From: Tetramitus jugosus
Taxonomy: Eukaryota > Protista > Heterolobosea
Reading direction: 5' to 3'
Assembly (NCBI GenBank): GCA_937625935.1
Contig: OW569384.1
Coordinates: 62,001-126,000, forward strand
DNA length: 64,000 nucleotides
Below, in pieces: positions 1 through 10,902 of the stretch. Every line of letters begins with the position of its first letter. The stretch's first letter is position 1. Position numbers and translations under genes: made by a program. Under the pieces are notes generated by a model. That model was not told the DNA's origin and made no database searches. It worked only from the letters and a program-made list of their open reading frames with translations.

Positions 1-656
1 TCATCATGCTCTTCTTCCTCGGCATACTCCTCATCTCCCGTTTCTGCTCTTCTCTCGTGCCTTGCCAACAATCGAGATTGAACAAAGAATGCATGTTCTG
101 ATTCATGTGACATGTGCTCCAATGGAACGTTCATGCACGATTCAAGCACTTGATGAGCATTCCAAATGCCATTGGATTCTGCCTTCTCATGACCAACATG
201 ACGACTATTAGAGATGCACTTTTTCTCCATTTTCAAACACTCTTTAACCATGTTTTGTTCATCGTTCAATCTCAACAAGACAACCAATCGCTTCTTACTG
301 TTCACACCACGATGATCATCCGGATTAAACTTGTGAAACACTGGATAGACGTGATCCTTCAGGCTCAACTTTTCTCTCGAAAAGTGATGATCCGACACAT
401 CTTGATCAATAAAGTACTTGTCCATTCGGTAGAGTCGAGTGTACAGATCCATTAAATCACAATGAAACACACAACAGTCACTCCAACTCAATCCTCTTCT
501 ACTACTATTGTCACCACCACTAGAATCAATCAATGACTCCAAATTGGTGCACATTCTCTCATAGCTATGCATCTTGTTGTACCAGTTGGTTTCGAGCTGT
601 AGCATATAGAACAGCTGAGGTTGGATTGCACTGGGATACTTTCTCCTGTGTTGCAT
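1..656 (-). CDS. Hypothetical protein, 5' part only (runs off the left edge)
   Basis: Manual translation gives an uninterrupted minus-strand frame MQHRRKYPSAIQPQLFYML...ETGDEEYAEEEEHD to the window edge. The frame is also open upstream to a GTG at 755. It is missing from the ORF track because no stop lies in the window. Confidence 0.7.
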   Translation of the reverse strand, partial: MQHRRKYPSAIQPQLFYMLQLETNWYNKMHSYERMCTNLESLIDSSGGDNSSRRGLSWSDCCVFHCDLMDLYTRLYRMDKYFIDQDVSDHHFSREKLSLKDHVYPVFHKFNPDDHRGVNSKKRLVVLLRLNDEQNMVKECLKMEKKCISNSRHVGHEKAESNGIWNAHQVLESCMNVPLEHMSHESEHAFFVQSRLLARHERRAETGDEEYAEEEEHD

Positions 657-758
657 CTGCTCTGGATAGTGCACATCACAAATGTATAGCCACAAATCTC
701 TGCCATGAATGGACTGTAGCTTATAAAAGTTGGAGCTGTCAGCTGTAGTTGACACTTT

Positions 759-794
759 TTTGGCGCCCTTTTTTTTCCGATCAGTTTTTCGCGC
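759..794 (+). promoter_or_regulatory. Two E2F-like motifs (TTTGGCGC 759-766, TTTCGCGC 787-794) in a divergent promoter
   Basis: Match to the TTTSSCGC consensus, located between divergently oriented genes. Confidence 0.4.
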
Positions 795-1152
795 AGAAGT
801 ATTTTTCGTGTGCAAAAGAGCGAACCATTCCCGATTGAGCCGTTCAAGCTTGTGAATTTCGTCGCCTGGCAAGAAGAAGAGAATATCAAGAATGACGTCT
901 CTTGGTAGGTCGTTGATTGTCGCTTGCATTTTAAAACTGTCTGACAGAATAACAGTGTTGTTGATCAACGTGTGAAAATTTCTTCTTTTCTTGTTTCCAA
1001 GCACTGGGCCGACAGACAGAGCTTCGCGCACTATTTGAAGACAGTCCGCATCTTCCATTGGACATTTGCACATTCAGCCAATTCCTTGAAACAATTCGGA
1101 GAAAAACAGCCAAAAACCTTGCTGCTCTGTTTGAACATTCCAGATCACAACA

Positions 1153-1893
1153 ATGATGAAAAGAGCAACAACAGCAATAGCGATCACGATGAGGGTACCA
1201 CCCACCAAGCATCACTGTCCATCCATGTTGCCAATGCTGATGAACACCAAACGTCTACCACCTGCGACGTTGACTGCCCTTAACAAACAAAGAACATTTT
1301 CATTGCATTGCAATGGACAATCTCTCAGAAAAACAATACTGCAACAATTGTCGTCTGCGGCTGCAGATCAGACCGAAAGATCCACTGCAGTAGTTGCATT
1401 CGATATACCCAAATTCACAATCAACGTGCCTCACCTATTCTCTCCGAGTGCCACTGTCAATGGAAGCAATGAGACAACCAACCGTAGTACTACAAAACCA
1501 ATGACCATTTCGGAGATTGCAAATCTGAGAGTGGGTCAATTTCTGCCAAAGGATGACACTGTTGCGATCGTTGACTGTGGTAATGGATTTTTGTTGGATG
1601 TGAGAGCACAGGACGATGGATTTGTGGAGAAGGTGTTGGTCGAATCGGGTCAAGTGATTGAATGTGGTCAACCCATTGTTCAAATGAGTTGTGCAATTGA
1701 TGAGAAGACGATGCCTGAACTGTTTGCAGAGATGAATGCTTCTCTGGCTCAAACTGCAGATGCATCGGTGATGGATATCATTCTCATATCACTCAAGGAC
1801 AATCGAAAAGCAATCCAACAACTAGCAATGCTCACTGGTGTTCTCTTGTTTGCCATCTTTCTGTTCCTTTATGTCTTTTACTCCACCAAATAA
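1153..1893 (+). CDS. Lipoyl/biotinyl-fold protein with mitochondrial-type presequence and C-terminal TM anchor; acceptor Lys absent
   Basis: VGQFLPKDDTVAIVDCGNGFLLDVRAQDDGFVEKVLVESGQVIECGQPIV follows the lipoyl-domain pattern VGD.V..GD.LA.IETDKA...V.A..DG.L.KILV.EG..V.VG.PI. The N-terminus is basic and acid-free; the C-terminus is hydrophobic (LAMLTGVLLFAIFLFLYVFY). Confidence 0.7.
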   Translation: MMKRATTAIAITMRVPPTKHHCPSMLPMLMNTKRLPPATLTALNKQRTFSLHCNGQSLRKTILQQLSSAAADQTERSTAVVAFDIPKFTINVPHLFSPSATVNGSNETTNRSTTKPMTISEIANLRVGQFLPKDDTVAIVDCGNGFLLDVRAQDDGFVEKVLVESGQVIECGQPIVQMSCAIDEKTMPELFAEMNASLAQTADASVMDIILISLKDNRKAIQQLAMLTGVLLFAIFLFLYVFYSTK

Positions 1894-2018
1894 ATCCATT
1901 TTGTTCCGTCCCGATCCCTTTTTAAGACGCTCCTAAACGGGTGGTGCAGGAATCAAGGAACAGATAGGTCACCCTTCCCCGGCACTTAGGACGAAAATCC
2001 AACCAAACAAACAAAAAC

Positions 2019-2571
2019 ATGGATTGGAAAAGGATTGGCTGGATTGGAGCCATTGTGTCAGGGATTGGTGTTTTGGTTGTAGTGGTGGCCATTTTCGTAG
2101 TAGTTGTTGGTGGGCTCAGCGTTGCTGCCCTTGTATCCTGACCTGCAAATAACAGGCCTGCGGTGCACCAAGTGTAAACTTTCTGGATTGACTGTACATG
2201 TGGAAGCATCTGTTTGGGTGAGCATAGAGAATAAGATGTTGAAGAAAGATATCACTATCAAGAGTTTCAAAGGAGATGTATCTTGGAGCGGCTACTCCCT
2301 GGGAACTACAAACCAAAACACCTTGTGCGAGGGGCAATCTTTCCCATTGACCATCAAGGGTCGTGGAAAACAAGAAGTATGTGTGAAGATGAATGGGTCA
2401 ATGCGAGTGCCACTCATCAATTTAGTGAATCTCGGAATTGCGTACGCCAAAAACGATATGACAATGTTTGTGTTCGGGAATGCAAGAGTTCAATTTGGTG
2501 CCTTCAAGAATATCAAGTTGCCTCTTATGTATAACGTTGTTGCTCGGCCCAAGTTGTGTGACTGTTTGTAA
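2019..2571 (+). CDS. LEA_2/WHy-like domain protein with N-terminal TM helix; apparent 1-nt frameshift at about 2128-2130
   Basis: ATG 2019 gives MDWKRIGWIGAIVSGIGVLVVVVAIFVVVVGGLSVAA. Removing one C from GCCCTTG joins it to YPDLQIT...VSIENK...ITIKSFKGDVSWSGYSLG...PLTIKGRG, a LEA_2-like beta-rich pattern. Confidence 0.6.
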
Positions 2572-2648
2572 GCCAGTTGTAACACAAAACAAAATTGACA
2601 CCAACATAAATTAAAACTGCTTTTTGTCGATTTATTGTGTCGAGCAAT

Positions 2649-4447
2649 TTAGTGCTGGACATACTCTGGTTCATAAATGTATTGACGGATCAATGGCTCC
2701 CAGTCTTCCACTTGCATTGTTGACAAACCTTCCTTCACTGCTTGTTGAGCAACAGCCTTGGCAATGTGGAATGAAATGTTTCTAATTTGGGCCAAATCTG
2801 GATAGATCTCACCAATGTCCAACTTGTCTTGTGGTGTCAGAGAGGCCAATGTTTGAGATGCAGCCAAAACCATCAATTCACTGACATGCTTTGCCTTACT
2901 GACAACAGCACCCAATCCCAAACCTGGGAAAATGTACATGTTGTTTCCTTGACCTGGCTTAATGGTCTTTCCGTTGAACTCGACAGAAGGGAATGGAGAT
3001 CCGGAGGCAAAGATGCACTTTCCGTCAGTCCATTGAACAGCTTGCTCAGCAGTACATTCAGAGTTCTTTGTTGGGTTGGACAGAGCAAAAACAATAGGCT
3101 TGACAGCGTGAGAAGCAAGAGCACGGATCACTTCCTCATTGAAGGATCCACCTTGACCAGATAGACCAATCAAACCAGTTGGCTTGACATAGTTGACAAC
3201 GTCGACCAATGAGACCAACTTCTCTTCAATGTCCTGTGCGTATGGTTCCTTGTGCTTCTCCAAGACACCTCCTCTGTTCTTGGTGACCAATCCCTTGGAG
3301 TCAACAAAGAAAATGTTCTTTCTCAACTCTTCAGCAGTCTTTTGTGGATTGTCGAGTTGCATGACACCGACAATTTGATCAGCGACACCAACAGCGGCAC
3401 TACCAGCACCCAAGAAGACCAACTTGTGCTCAGAGGCACAAATACCGGTCAATTTGGCAGCATTCAAGAATCCAGAAACAATGACAGCACCAGTTCCTTG
3501 AATATCATCATTGAAGCACAGTACTCTATCTCTGTACTTTTCCAACAATTCAAAGCAAACATCATTGGAGAAGTCTTCGAATTGAACGAGACATTGTGGC
3601 CACTTGTCTTGCACAGCAGTCATGAACTCGTCAACAAATTCGTAGAATTGTGGGCCACGGACTCTCTTTTGTCTCAAACCAAGATAGAGAGTGTCGTTCA
3701 ACATGTTTTCATTGTTGGTACCAACGTCCAATGTGACTGGGAGTGTCTTGCGAGGATGGAATCCAGCACCAGCAACATAGAGACTCAATTTTCCAATAGG
3801 GATACCCATACCGTTGGATCCCAAATCACCCAAACCAAGAATTCTGCTACCATCAGTCACAACAATAATATCAGGAGTGTTTCTCCAGTTGTTCAAGATG
3901 CTTCTCACGTCACCCTTGTCTTCCAATGAGAGGTACATGCCTTGTGCATTTCTCCAAACAGCATCAAACTTGACACAAGCTTCACCAACCTATTATTGTG
4001 AAGAAACAATGTTTGGCGCCAAAAAAAATCAAGATTTTGCAGTCTGTTAGCTCAAATGATCCTCTCACTACAACAAAAAAGCTTGAATGAACGAGAATGA
4101 AAAAAAAAGACACATACAGTTGGTGTATAGACAATAGGCATCATCTCAACCAAATTGTCAATCAACAAACGATAAAACAATGTTTCATTTCTGTTTTGGA
4201 GTGAAATCAAATAAATGTATCTCTCCAATGGAGTCTCAAAAGCTCTGAATTGTCTCAAAGCTCTCACACACTGTTGTTCCAATGATTCAACAGAAGGTGG
4301 CAACAAACCTCTGAGTTTGAGTTGAGATCTCTCTTGCTTTGTGAAAGCAGTGCCCTTGTTGAATGTGGAATCACTGAGGATATTGGCTTGTGTGGCAGTG
4401 AACTCATATGGGTCATGCAAGACTTGATTACTGACTGATCTCTTCAT
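2649..4447 (-). CDS. ME1: Malic enzyme (NAD(P)-dependent), 2 exons, intron 4117..3990
   Basis: Motifs NKGTAFT, LRGLLPP, RNETLFY, spliced YTPT|VGEAC, VTDGSRILGLGDLG, QFEDF, FNDDIQGTG, GAGSAAVG, LSNPT and GQGNNMYIFPG; GTATGT donor and AG acceptor. Confidence 0.97.
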
Positions 4448-4663
4448 GATGATGATTTTTGTAACGTTACAGGTGTGTGAGGGTGTGTGGATGAGAGTGT
4501 GTGGACGTGTTTTTTTGATCGCCAGAAAAATTTTCACTGCCAAAATTCTTTCAGAAGGTTTTGTGCGCAACGACAAGTTGTACACGTCAGCAATGTCCTA
4601 TTGACACCTACCCAATCAAAACGGGAAGAATCTGATTGAATCATGTCTTGAGATTTTTTGTTT

Positions 4664-6562
4664 TTATAAAAGGTCAGACAACGAAGATGCCATTTCGGCT
4701 TGTTGGTCATCACCAGTTGGAAGATGTTCCTCCTCTTCCTTTGTTGCGTGTTCTTCTTGAATGACTTCGTTTTTGGTTTGTTCTTCCTCTTGGCCGATTG
4801 CTTCTTCTGCGGCTTCGCGAGCCTCTCTGATTACTTCCTCGACTGCAACTTCTATGGTGGTGTCCTTTGTTTGAAATCCTTGTTGTTTCCATTCACTCGG
4901 CAACGCACTCTCCTTGGAGTGTCGAAACATTTGCTGAACTCTGCTGCTGTAACTGGGAACTTGTGCAGCAAATTTACTCGCATAATTCTCAACGCCTGGT
5001 GTTCGATCAAAGAAGAGCAATGCGCTGCCGCCAAGAGTCAATAGGATCAAGAGAACAATCAATGCAAGCTTGGAAAGCGTCCAACTCTTTTGTTCGTCAT
5101 GAACTTCATCCATCTTGGTCTCCTCTTGTTCGACTACCAACGGAGGACTGATCCGAGAAGGAATGACGGAAGTTTCTGATGATTCGACAGCACTCGTGCT
5201 TGCTGATCTTCTCGAAAGCCTGGCTTGTTTCCTTCGATCGTGCGATGAGGATGATGACTGAGATCTGATTGGAGATATGTTGCGAGAAGATCGGTCCGTA
5301 TCTAAGTTGGAGTTTTGAGCAGAGACCATTGCATCGTCAAGCAGTGACAATCTTCGATTCAACCGGGCGTTCTGCTTTTTCGAAAAGGCTCGTAGCTTTT
5401 GCTTCTCCATTTGAATGATTTGTCTCTGTGCGATAATGGAGCTCAAAGTGGACATGGATGGCAAATCATGATTGTAGCTGTTGCGCTCATTCTCTTCATT
5501 TCTACGATAGTAAGCATCTCGCGGAGTAGAGCTGGCTCTTCGATCGTACCTATTTCTATCATCAGTGGATAATACTCGACTTCTTCTTCGTCTTCTGTCG
5601 GCGTCGGCAGCAGAAGTAGCAGAATTAAAGTGAAATGCATTGTCGTGATTCCGATTATAATCATAATAAAAAGATGAAGAGGATGGAGGGGCCATCATCG
5701 TAGGAGGATAACTGTGTCGACCATGTACCGGGGGTCTCGAATCGAAACCGCGGCTCATGTAAGAATGGGAATAGCGATTACTCATGCGATCTTCATCATC
5801 ATTCGAGTCCATACCTCCTCTTGTACTCCTTTCTCTTGTCATTCTTCTCCTCATTGTTTCATTTTCCCTTGCATCTCCATTATGATATCGATTCACTCTC
5901 ACCGTATCACGATTATCCAGAGTTTCATCATCATAATGCTTGTTTGTGAATGGTGGTGGCTGTGGACGATTGACACTTGGACCAGCAGTAGCATAGCTCT
6001 GCTTATTGTTTGTAATGGAAATGGTAATGGGAGCTTCTGTTTCTCTGGTCTTTGGCAACTGAACATGATAATGAGTTGTTTTTGTCTGTTGTTCCTGATT
6101 TTTCAGGAGATCATGATCGCGATCGCTCTTGTGAGGAGGTGCAGCACCATGACTCTCATCATGATGATCACCACCAACGACGACAGTGTCATAACTGAGA
6201 TCACTTGTTGGAGACATTGTGTTTTTGTCACCTTCAACAACAGAATGAGAATGCTTGAGTCCTCTTCTGTGTCGAACAATCGCAATTTCATCATCATCAC
6301 TCTCATGATCATCATCATCATTATCATTATCACCACATACAGTGCCCATCATCATGTCATCACCATTATCATTTAGATCACCATTATGGTACTTTTGTTT
6401 CTTGTTGTTTTGGGTTGCAGTGTGATGACGATTGATAACGACATCGAGATCGTTATTGTCATTGTTGTCATCATCACTGCTGCTATTATGAATGAAGAGC
6501 TCCGACAGTTTTCTCTTGTGACCATGAGAGTGCTCCACCGGGTGCGGTGGTGATGGATGCAT
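4664..6562 (-). CDS. Hypothetical low-complexity protein with a single TM helix near the C-terminus
   Basis: Long ORF with first ATG at 6562. D/H/R/S-rich disordered N-terminus with basic clusters (HKRKL, KKQKY), TM helix LALIVLLILLTLGGSALLFF and an acidic tail. Confidence 0.75.
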   Translation of the reverse strand: MHPSPPHPVEHSHGHKRKLSELFIHNSSSDDDNNDNNDLDVVINRHHTATQNNKKQKYHNGDLNDNGDDMMMGTVCGDNDNDDDDHESDDDEIAIVRHRRGLKHSHSVVEGDKNTMSPTSDLSYDTVVVGGDHHDESHGAAPPHKSDRDHDLLKNQEQQTKTTHYHVQLPKTRETEAPITISITNNKQSYATAGPSVNRPQPPPFTNKHYDDETLDNRDTVRVNRYHNGDARENETMRRRMTRERSTRGGMDSNDDEDRMSNRYSHSYMSRGFDSRPPVHGRHSYPPTMMAPPSSSSFYYDYNRNHDNAFHFNSATSAADADRRRRRSRVLSTDDRNRYDRRASSTPRDAYYRRNEENERNSYNHDLPSMSTLSSIIAQRQIIQMEKQKLRAFSKKQNARLNRRLSLLDDAMVSAQNSNLDTDRSSRNISPIRSQSSSSSHDRRKQARLSRRSASTSAVESSETSVIPSRISPPLVVEQEETKMDEVHDEQKSWTLSKLALIVLLILLTLGGSALLFFDRTPGVENYASKFAAQVPSYSSRVQQMFRHSKESALPSEWKQQGFQTKDTTIEVAVEEVIREAREAAEEAIGQEEEQTKNEVIQEEHATKEEEEHLPTGDDQQAEMASSLSDLL

Positions 6563-7023
6563 GGTTGATCGGAGAGTGTTTTTTTTTCTGTTTTGGTTTG
6601 TAAATCGCGAGTTTTGGGAGAGAGGGATTTTACAAAAAAATTCTTCTTCAAAGGAAGGATCTCTTCCCACCTAGTAATTTTGAAAAGGAAAGGTATGAGC
6701 CATCACAGCCAGAAACAAGTCTGTGCAGACATTGGAGAGTTCCCAATGAACGTTGGTTTACGAATGATGAGCATTATTTCGTCCGATTTCGGGACAGTTG
6801 ACAACGGGATGATACCAGGAAGAGTAGGTCGATATCGGGACAAATAAGGTGTATTCTTTTTGCGCAAACTTTTTGTCTTTTTTTGTTGTTTGTTGGTGGT
6901 AAGGTGACATATGCGTGGCTCCACAGATGTAACACTGAATTCCAAACCAACCAAACCAAAAGACCATAATCCATCACTGTAATAGACCTCAAACAAGTTG
7001 TTACTATTCATCCTGTTGTTGCT

Positions 7024-7524
7024 ATGGTGTTGCCTCAGAACGAGGGACTACCCAGAGGAAGTGGAACCGGAGGCCAGCGGTACCAGTATAGTGCCTACAT
7101 ACCCACGGTTATCGAAGAGCGACCAAGCCCGAAGAAGAAGGGCAGAAAACAAAAATTTTTCATTTCTGAACAGGAGTTGACAAAGTATTACGGTCTTTCT
7201 CAACCTGATGCTGCCCAGAGACTAGGTGTCTCTGTGAGCACCCTCAAGAGAAGGTTTTATGAGCTTCACCCAGACATGAGGTGGCCATACAACTTTCAGA
7301 ATGAAGCAACACGTGACGTGGAGTCAGGTGCTGTGACGGATCGTCCTATAAGCCAGGGGAATGATCAAGCAAGACAAAGTGAGTCAGACAAGAGACGAAC
7401 TGTGAGAAGCAAGATGAGCTTGAGCAGAATAATTCACCCATACAACTCACCCAACACGGTGTACATTGATGATCAGACAATGAAAGAGCTCCAACATGCT
7501 TTTCATTCCAATACCGATAAATAA
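7024..7524 (+). CDS. RWP-RK domain transcription factor
   Basis: ISEQELTKYYGLSQPDAAQRLGVSVSTLKRRFYELHPDMRWPY is the RWP-RK signature, preceded by a basic NLS-like PKKKGRKQK. Confidence 0.92.
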   Translation: MVLPQNEGLPRGSGTGGQRYQYSAYIPTVIEERPSPKKKGRKQKFFISEQELTKYYGLSQPDAAQRLGVSVSTLKRRFYELHPDMRWPYNFQNEATRDVESGAVTDRPISQGNDQARQSESDKRRTVRSKMSLSRIIHPYNSPNTVYIDDQTMKELQHAFHSNTDK

Positions 7525-7552
7525 GTTTTCATTTTCATACCTAAAGTTTATC

Positions 7553-10500
7553 TTATTGAGGATAGAGCTTGGAACAAAGTGAGTGATAGAAGAGCCTTGA
7601 GCGATCGCATTGAGTTGAAACAAGATGGTGCACAAATGATCGAGACAATCCTTGTGAGAGTCCATGAATCAATGTTTCAATGTCAGAGCAGCGAAGATAA
7701 CCGAGATTATTTCTATCAAAGTATTGGAAAGCCAGCAAAAGGGCTTTGCGTTCTGATGAAACAGTTTGCTTATCGTTTAGATGTCTATTTTCATCTTCTT
7801 GAACATCATTCTTCTCAATATCTCCAGTGTTCGGTGCAGCTTCTTCAGACTTTTCTTCCTGGTTTGTGTCAATCAGTTGATCAAGAGTTGTTGTCTCTGA
7901 GTCTAGTGCTTCATGGACTGCTGTTTCTGTTGTTGTTGGCACTTGTTGTTCATCTAGTGTGCTGGCTAGTGTCTCAGTGTGCACCGCATCCATTTCTTTC
8001 TGTTCCTCCTCCATGCGTTCGCCATCTTCACTCTTTTCCTTTTCAGCGAGACTTGTAGTCGATTCTTGTGATGAGGCCTTGTTTCCAGTAGAGTCACTAC
8101 TTTCTTCACTGTGCTTACTCTTTTCTGTTGTCTCGACTTCGTTGCTTCTTCTAATAGCGGTCAATATCATTCGAGAGTACTTTCTTTGGAGATATTCATG
8201 GAAACTTTCAGCAAACAGCGATACCTCAAAAGTACTCTCCAATCTATCATCCAAATTGTAGTCCAACAGCCCATCGAGAGAAATAGACGTGCATCGAATA
8301 TCTTTGGTGCTTGCTGTGTGGTTTGTTACACAGTAAAGTACAGGCTTCTCAGGTTTTTGTTCCATGATTTTGTTCCGTAGTTCTTCATCTTCTTTTCTCG
8401 CCTTCTCCTCTTCATTTTCGTCTTGTTCATTAACGTCTGTCTCATCGTCAATCTTCATCTCGTCTTCTGCGTCCAACTCTTGATCTTTTTCTTCTTCCTG
8501 TCTTTTCTTTTCAGCCTCCTTCTTCACCTTGATTCTCTCAGCGGACAACAATGCCTCCAGTCTCTGGTTCCACAATTGTTCAAACTCATTCTTGTCCGGC
8601 ACAATGTCCCACACGTTAGGAACAAAGATCAATGTTCTCTCTTGCCTGTCTGGATAGGAAACTCCCTGAATCTCCTCGGCTGGGCGATGGTACCATATCT
8701 CGACAAACTTGTTCCATTGAGTGCACTTTGACAAATCAATTCCCATGAATTCTCGTGTTGTACGAATCGCTGTCTTGATCAATGTAGCATCACTCGTCGG
8801 ATCTACTCCATCCTTCTCAGGATCCCACGTGCCTCCAATGCACATCAATTCAGATGATCGATCTCTCTTTCTTACGAGAAATCGAATCTTGTGTGATGCG
8901 TGATGAGCATCGAGGGCTGGCAACTGTGCTTCCTTTGATTCTGAAGAAGATTGTTTATAGCCACTATCTTTACCATCTCTCTCATCATCGTCATCACTAT
9001 CATCATTATGCAATGTCTTTCTTGCAAACTTGCTTGGCTTATACCCATTATTCACTTCTTCCTCTCTTTCATTGTCAGATTCATTCTGTGTCTTATCGTG
9101 CACACCATTCTCATTGTCATTCGCTTGTTGTTTCTCTACAATAAACTCACTCGGTTCCTCAGTATTCAACAACTGCTCTACACTGTCAATGAGCATGACT
9201 CGCACATTGAATTTAATTCTGTTAAACAGTGGTGCTCCACTTGTTTTTTCATCTGCAGATGCTACTGTTGTTGTTTGACCATTCTGATCCTTACTAAACA
9301 GTCTCAATTCATTATCAATCACATAGGGAACAATTGAATCGATTCTAATGTGCACATTCTCACTTTCATCATCATCATCACCAACAACAACAGTAGTATC
9401 ACTATCCACTTGTGAACTTTGCGAATTTGGTGTTATTGGAGTAGTAGTAGATGATGGTAACACAGTCATCCAATGATTAATCAATCGTGTAAAATCAGGT
9501 GAAATGTACAAGTGAGAATAACATCTCTTCAAATCCAAAAATTGTCTTTCTCTGCTGTTCAACAGTGCATCTGGATTCAAACTCACATCATACGGCTTAT
9601 CCGTCATCATCATCATCACCGAACTGGAACGATGATGCTGATCATTCACAGTACTTGATGTTTTCTTTTTGTTGTTGTGACGATGATCATCATTCGTCGT
9701 AGTCTTTGATGAGTATCGATTCTGTAGTGGTGAATTGGATCGACCTCTCTTGTTTGACTTTGATCCAGTCACTGTATTGTTATGGTGTTGATGTTGATAA
9801 TGAGATTGTTGTCTCTTGTGATTACTATTGCTGCTGCTGTTGCTGTTACGATTGTTGGGAGAGACACTTCTCTTGTTTCTCTGATACTGTTGATGTTGAT
9901 GTTGATGTTGATGATGATTGTTGTAATCACCTCTTTTATTGTTATTGTTGTTGTTGTGATGATAATGATGATGATAAGGTTGTTGTTGTTGTTGAAGATT
10001 GTTTTTGGCCATGGATCCGTACGGTGAAATCCTGTTTGAATGACTATCATTGAACGATGATGATGATGATGGATATTTCGAAGTGTATGGATTATGTTGC
10101 TGCTGTTGTTGAGACATCAACATTTTAGGTGCCATACTACTATATGGTGAACTATTCACTACTAGCGCACTAGTAGTTGTTGTATTCACTGCTGAATATG
10201 GATTTTGATAGGGTGAGACTTTTTGTTGTTGATTTATGATTGGTGGTGGAGCTTGTTGTGATGCATATGGATTATGTTGTTGTTGTTGATATGGGTGATG
10301 ATGCTGTTGATGATGATGTGGTAGTTGTTGTTGTTGAGCATTGGTAAGATAGGGATTCTTATTATTATTGTTGTTACTGTTTGTTAGACCATAAGGATGA
10401 TTCTGTTGTTGTTGTTGTTGTTGTTGATAGAGTGATGATGAGAGAGGTTGTGAAGAATAGGGAGTAGTAGTCGTCGTCGCAGTGGCCGTATGTAGGACTT

Positions 10501-10654
10501 GAGAACTGTATCCTTGACCACCTCCAATGTACCCTTGTTGTTGTTGTTGTTGTTGCGGAGGAGGTAACTGCTGTTGATTGTTACTGTAGTAAGGATTGTT
10601 GTTGTTGTTGTATGGTGATTGTTGTTGATGGTTGTTCCATTGTTGATGATTCAT
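7553..10654 (-). CDS. CCAR1: CCAR1/DBC1-family protein with prion-like Q/N/H/Y N-terminus
   Basis: DBC1 domain IGGTWDPEKDGVDP...LIKTAIR...GIDLSKCTQWNKFVEIWYHR; SISLDGLLDY...TFEVSLFAESFHE; C-terminal EF-hand LLAFQYFDRNNLGYL. First ATG at 10654. Confidence 0.9.
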   Translation of the reverse strand: MNHQQWNNHQQQSPYNNNNNPYYSNNQQQLPPPQQQQQQQGYIGGGQGYSSQVLHTATATTTTTPYSSQPLSSSLYQQQQQQQQNHPYGLTNSNNNNNKNPYLTNAQQQQLPHHHQQHHHPYQQQQHNPYASQQAPPPIINQQQKVSPYQNPYSAVNTTTTSALVVNSSPYSSMAPKMLMSQQQQQHNPYTSKYPSSSSSFNDSHSNRISPYGSMAKNNLQQQQQPYHHHYHHNNNNNNKRGDYNNHHQHQHQHQQYQRNKRSVSPNNRNSNSSSNSNHKRQQSHYQHQHHNNTVTGSKSNKRGRSNSPLQNRYSSKTTTNDDHRHNNKKKTSSTVNDQHHRSSSVMMMMTDKPYDVSLNPDALLNSRERQFLDLKRCYSHLYISPDFTRLINHWMTVLPSSTTTPITPNSQSSQVDSDTTVVVGDDDDESENVHIRIDSIVPYVIDNELRLFSKDQNGQTTTVASADEKTSGAPLFNRIKFNVRVMLIDSVEQLLNTEEPSEFIVEKQQANDNENGVHDKTQNESDNEREEEVNNGYKPSKFARKTLHNDDSDDDDERDGKDSGYKQSSSESKEAQLPALDAHHASHKIRFLVRKRDRSSELMCIGGTWDPEKDGVDPTSDATLIKTAIRTTREFMGIDLSKCTQWNKFVEIWYHRPAEEIQGVSYPDRQERTLIFVPNVWDIVPDKNEFEQLWNQRLEALLSAERIKVKKEAEKKRQEEEKDQELDAEDEMKIDDETDVNEQDENEEEKARKEDEELRNKIMEQKPEKPVLYCVTNHTASTKDIRCTSISLDGLLDYNLDDRLESTFEVSLFAESFHEYLQRKYSRMILTAIRRSNEVETTEKSKHSEESSDSTGNKASSQESTTSLAEKEKSEDGERMEEEQKEMDAVHTETLASTLDEQQVPTTTETAVHEALDSETTTLDQLIDTNQEEKSEEAAPNTGDIEKNDVQEDENRHLNDKQTVSSERKALLLAFQYFDRNNLGYLRCSDIETLIHGLSQGLSRSFVHHLVSTQCDRSRLFYHSLCSKLYPQ

Positions 10655-10902
10655 CACAAAATGTGCGTTTGAATGCAATCGTTTTTTCTGTTGTTTTCTC
10701 TCAGGACAACAAGAAGGAAAGCTTTTTGTCTCATGATTCAATAGGAGTCCTGGCCTGGCGTTTCTGAAAAGTAGAGAACTGATGCAGATTTGTGACCAGT
10801 TGCTTCGAAAGATTGAGCCTGCACAAGAGCAAGCAGTGCTTAATATTTTCGTGAAGTAAACAGCGACACCCAAATGAAACTTTTATGTACACTAGGAATC
10901 CA

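Noticed and set aside
753-755. GTG start codon in an A-rich context for the first gene
   Set aside because: An in-frame ATG exists 33 codons downstream (656), so non-AUG initiation is not required.
892-1283. ATG 892 with a possible GTAGGT...AG intron, and ORF 972..1283
   Set aside because: Splicing yields only a ~10-codon peptide, and the 972 ORF starts at GTG and overlaps the better-supported 1153 gene; at most a 5' UTR intron or uORF.
9650-10650. Dense CAA/CAT/AAT triplet arrays (also 46600-47700 and 63200-63360)
   Set aside because: Coding microsatellites giving poly-Q/N/H/S tracts; not CRISPR, telomeric or satellite arrays.
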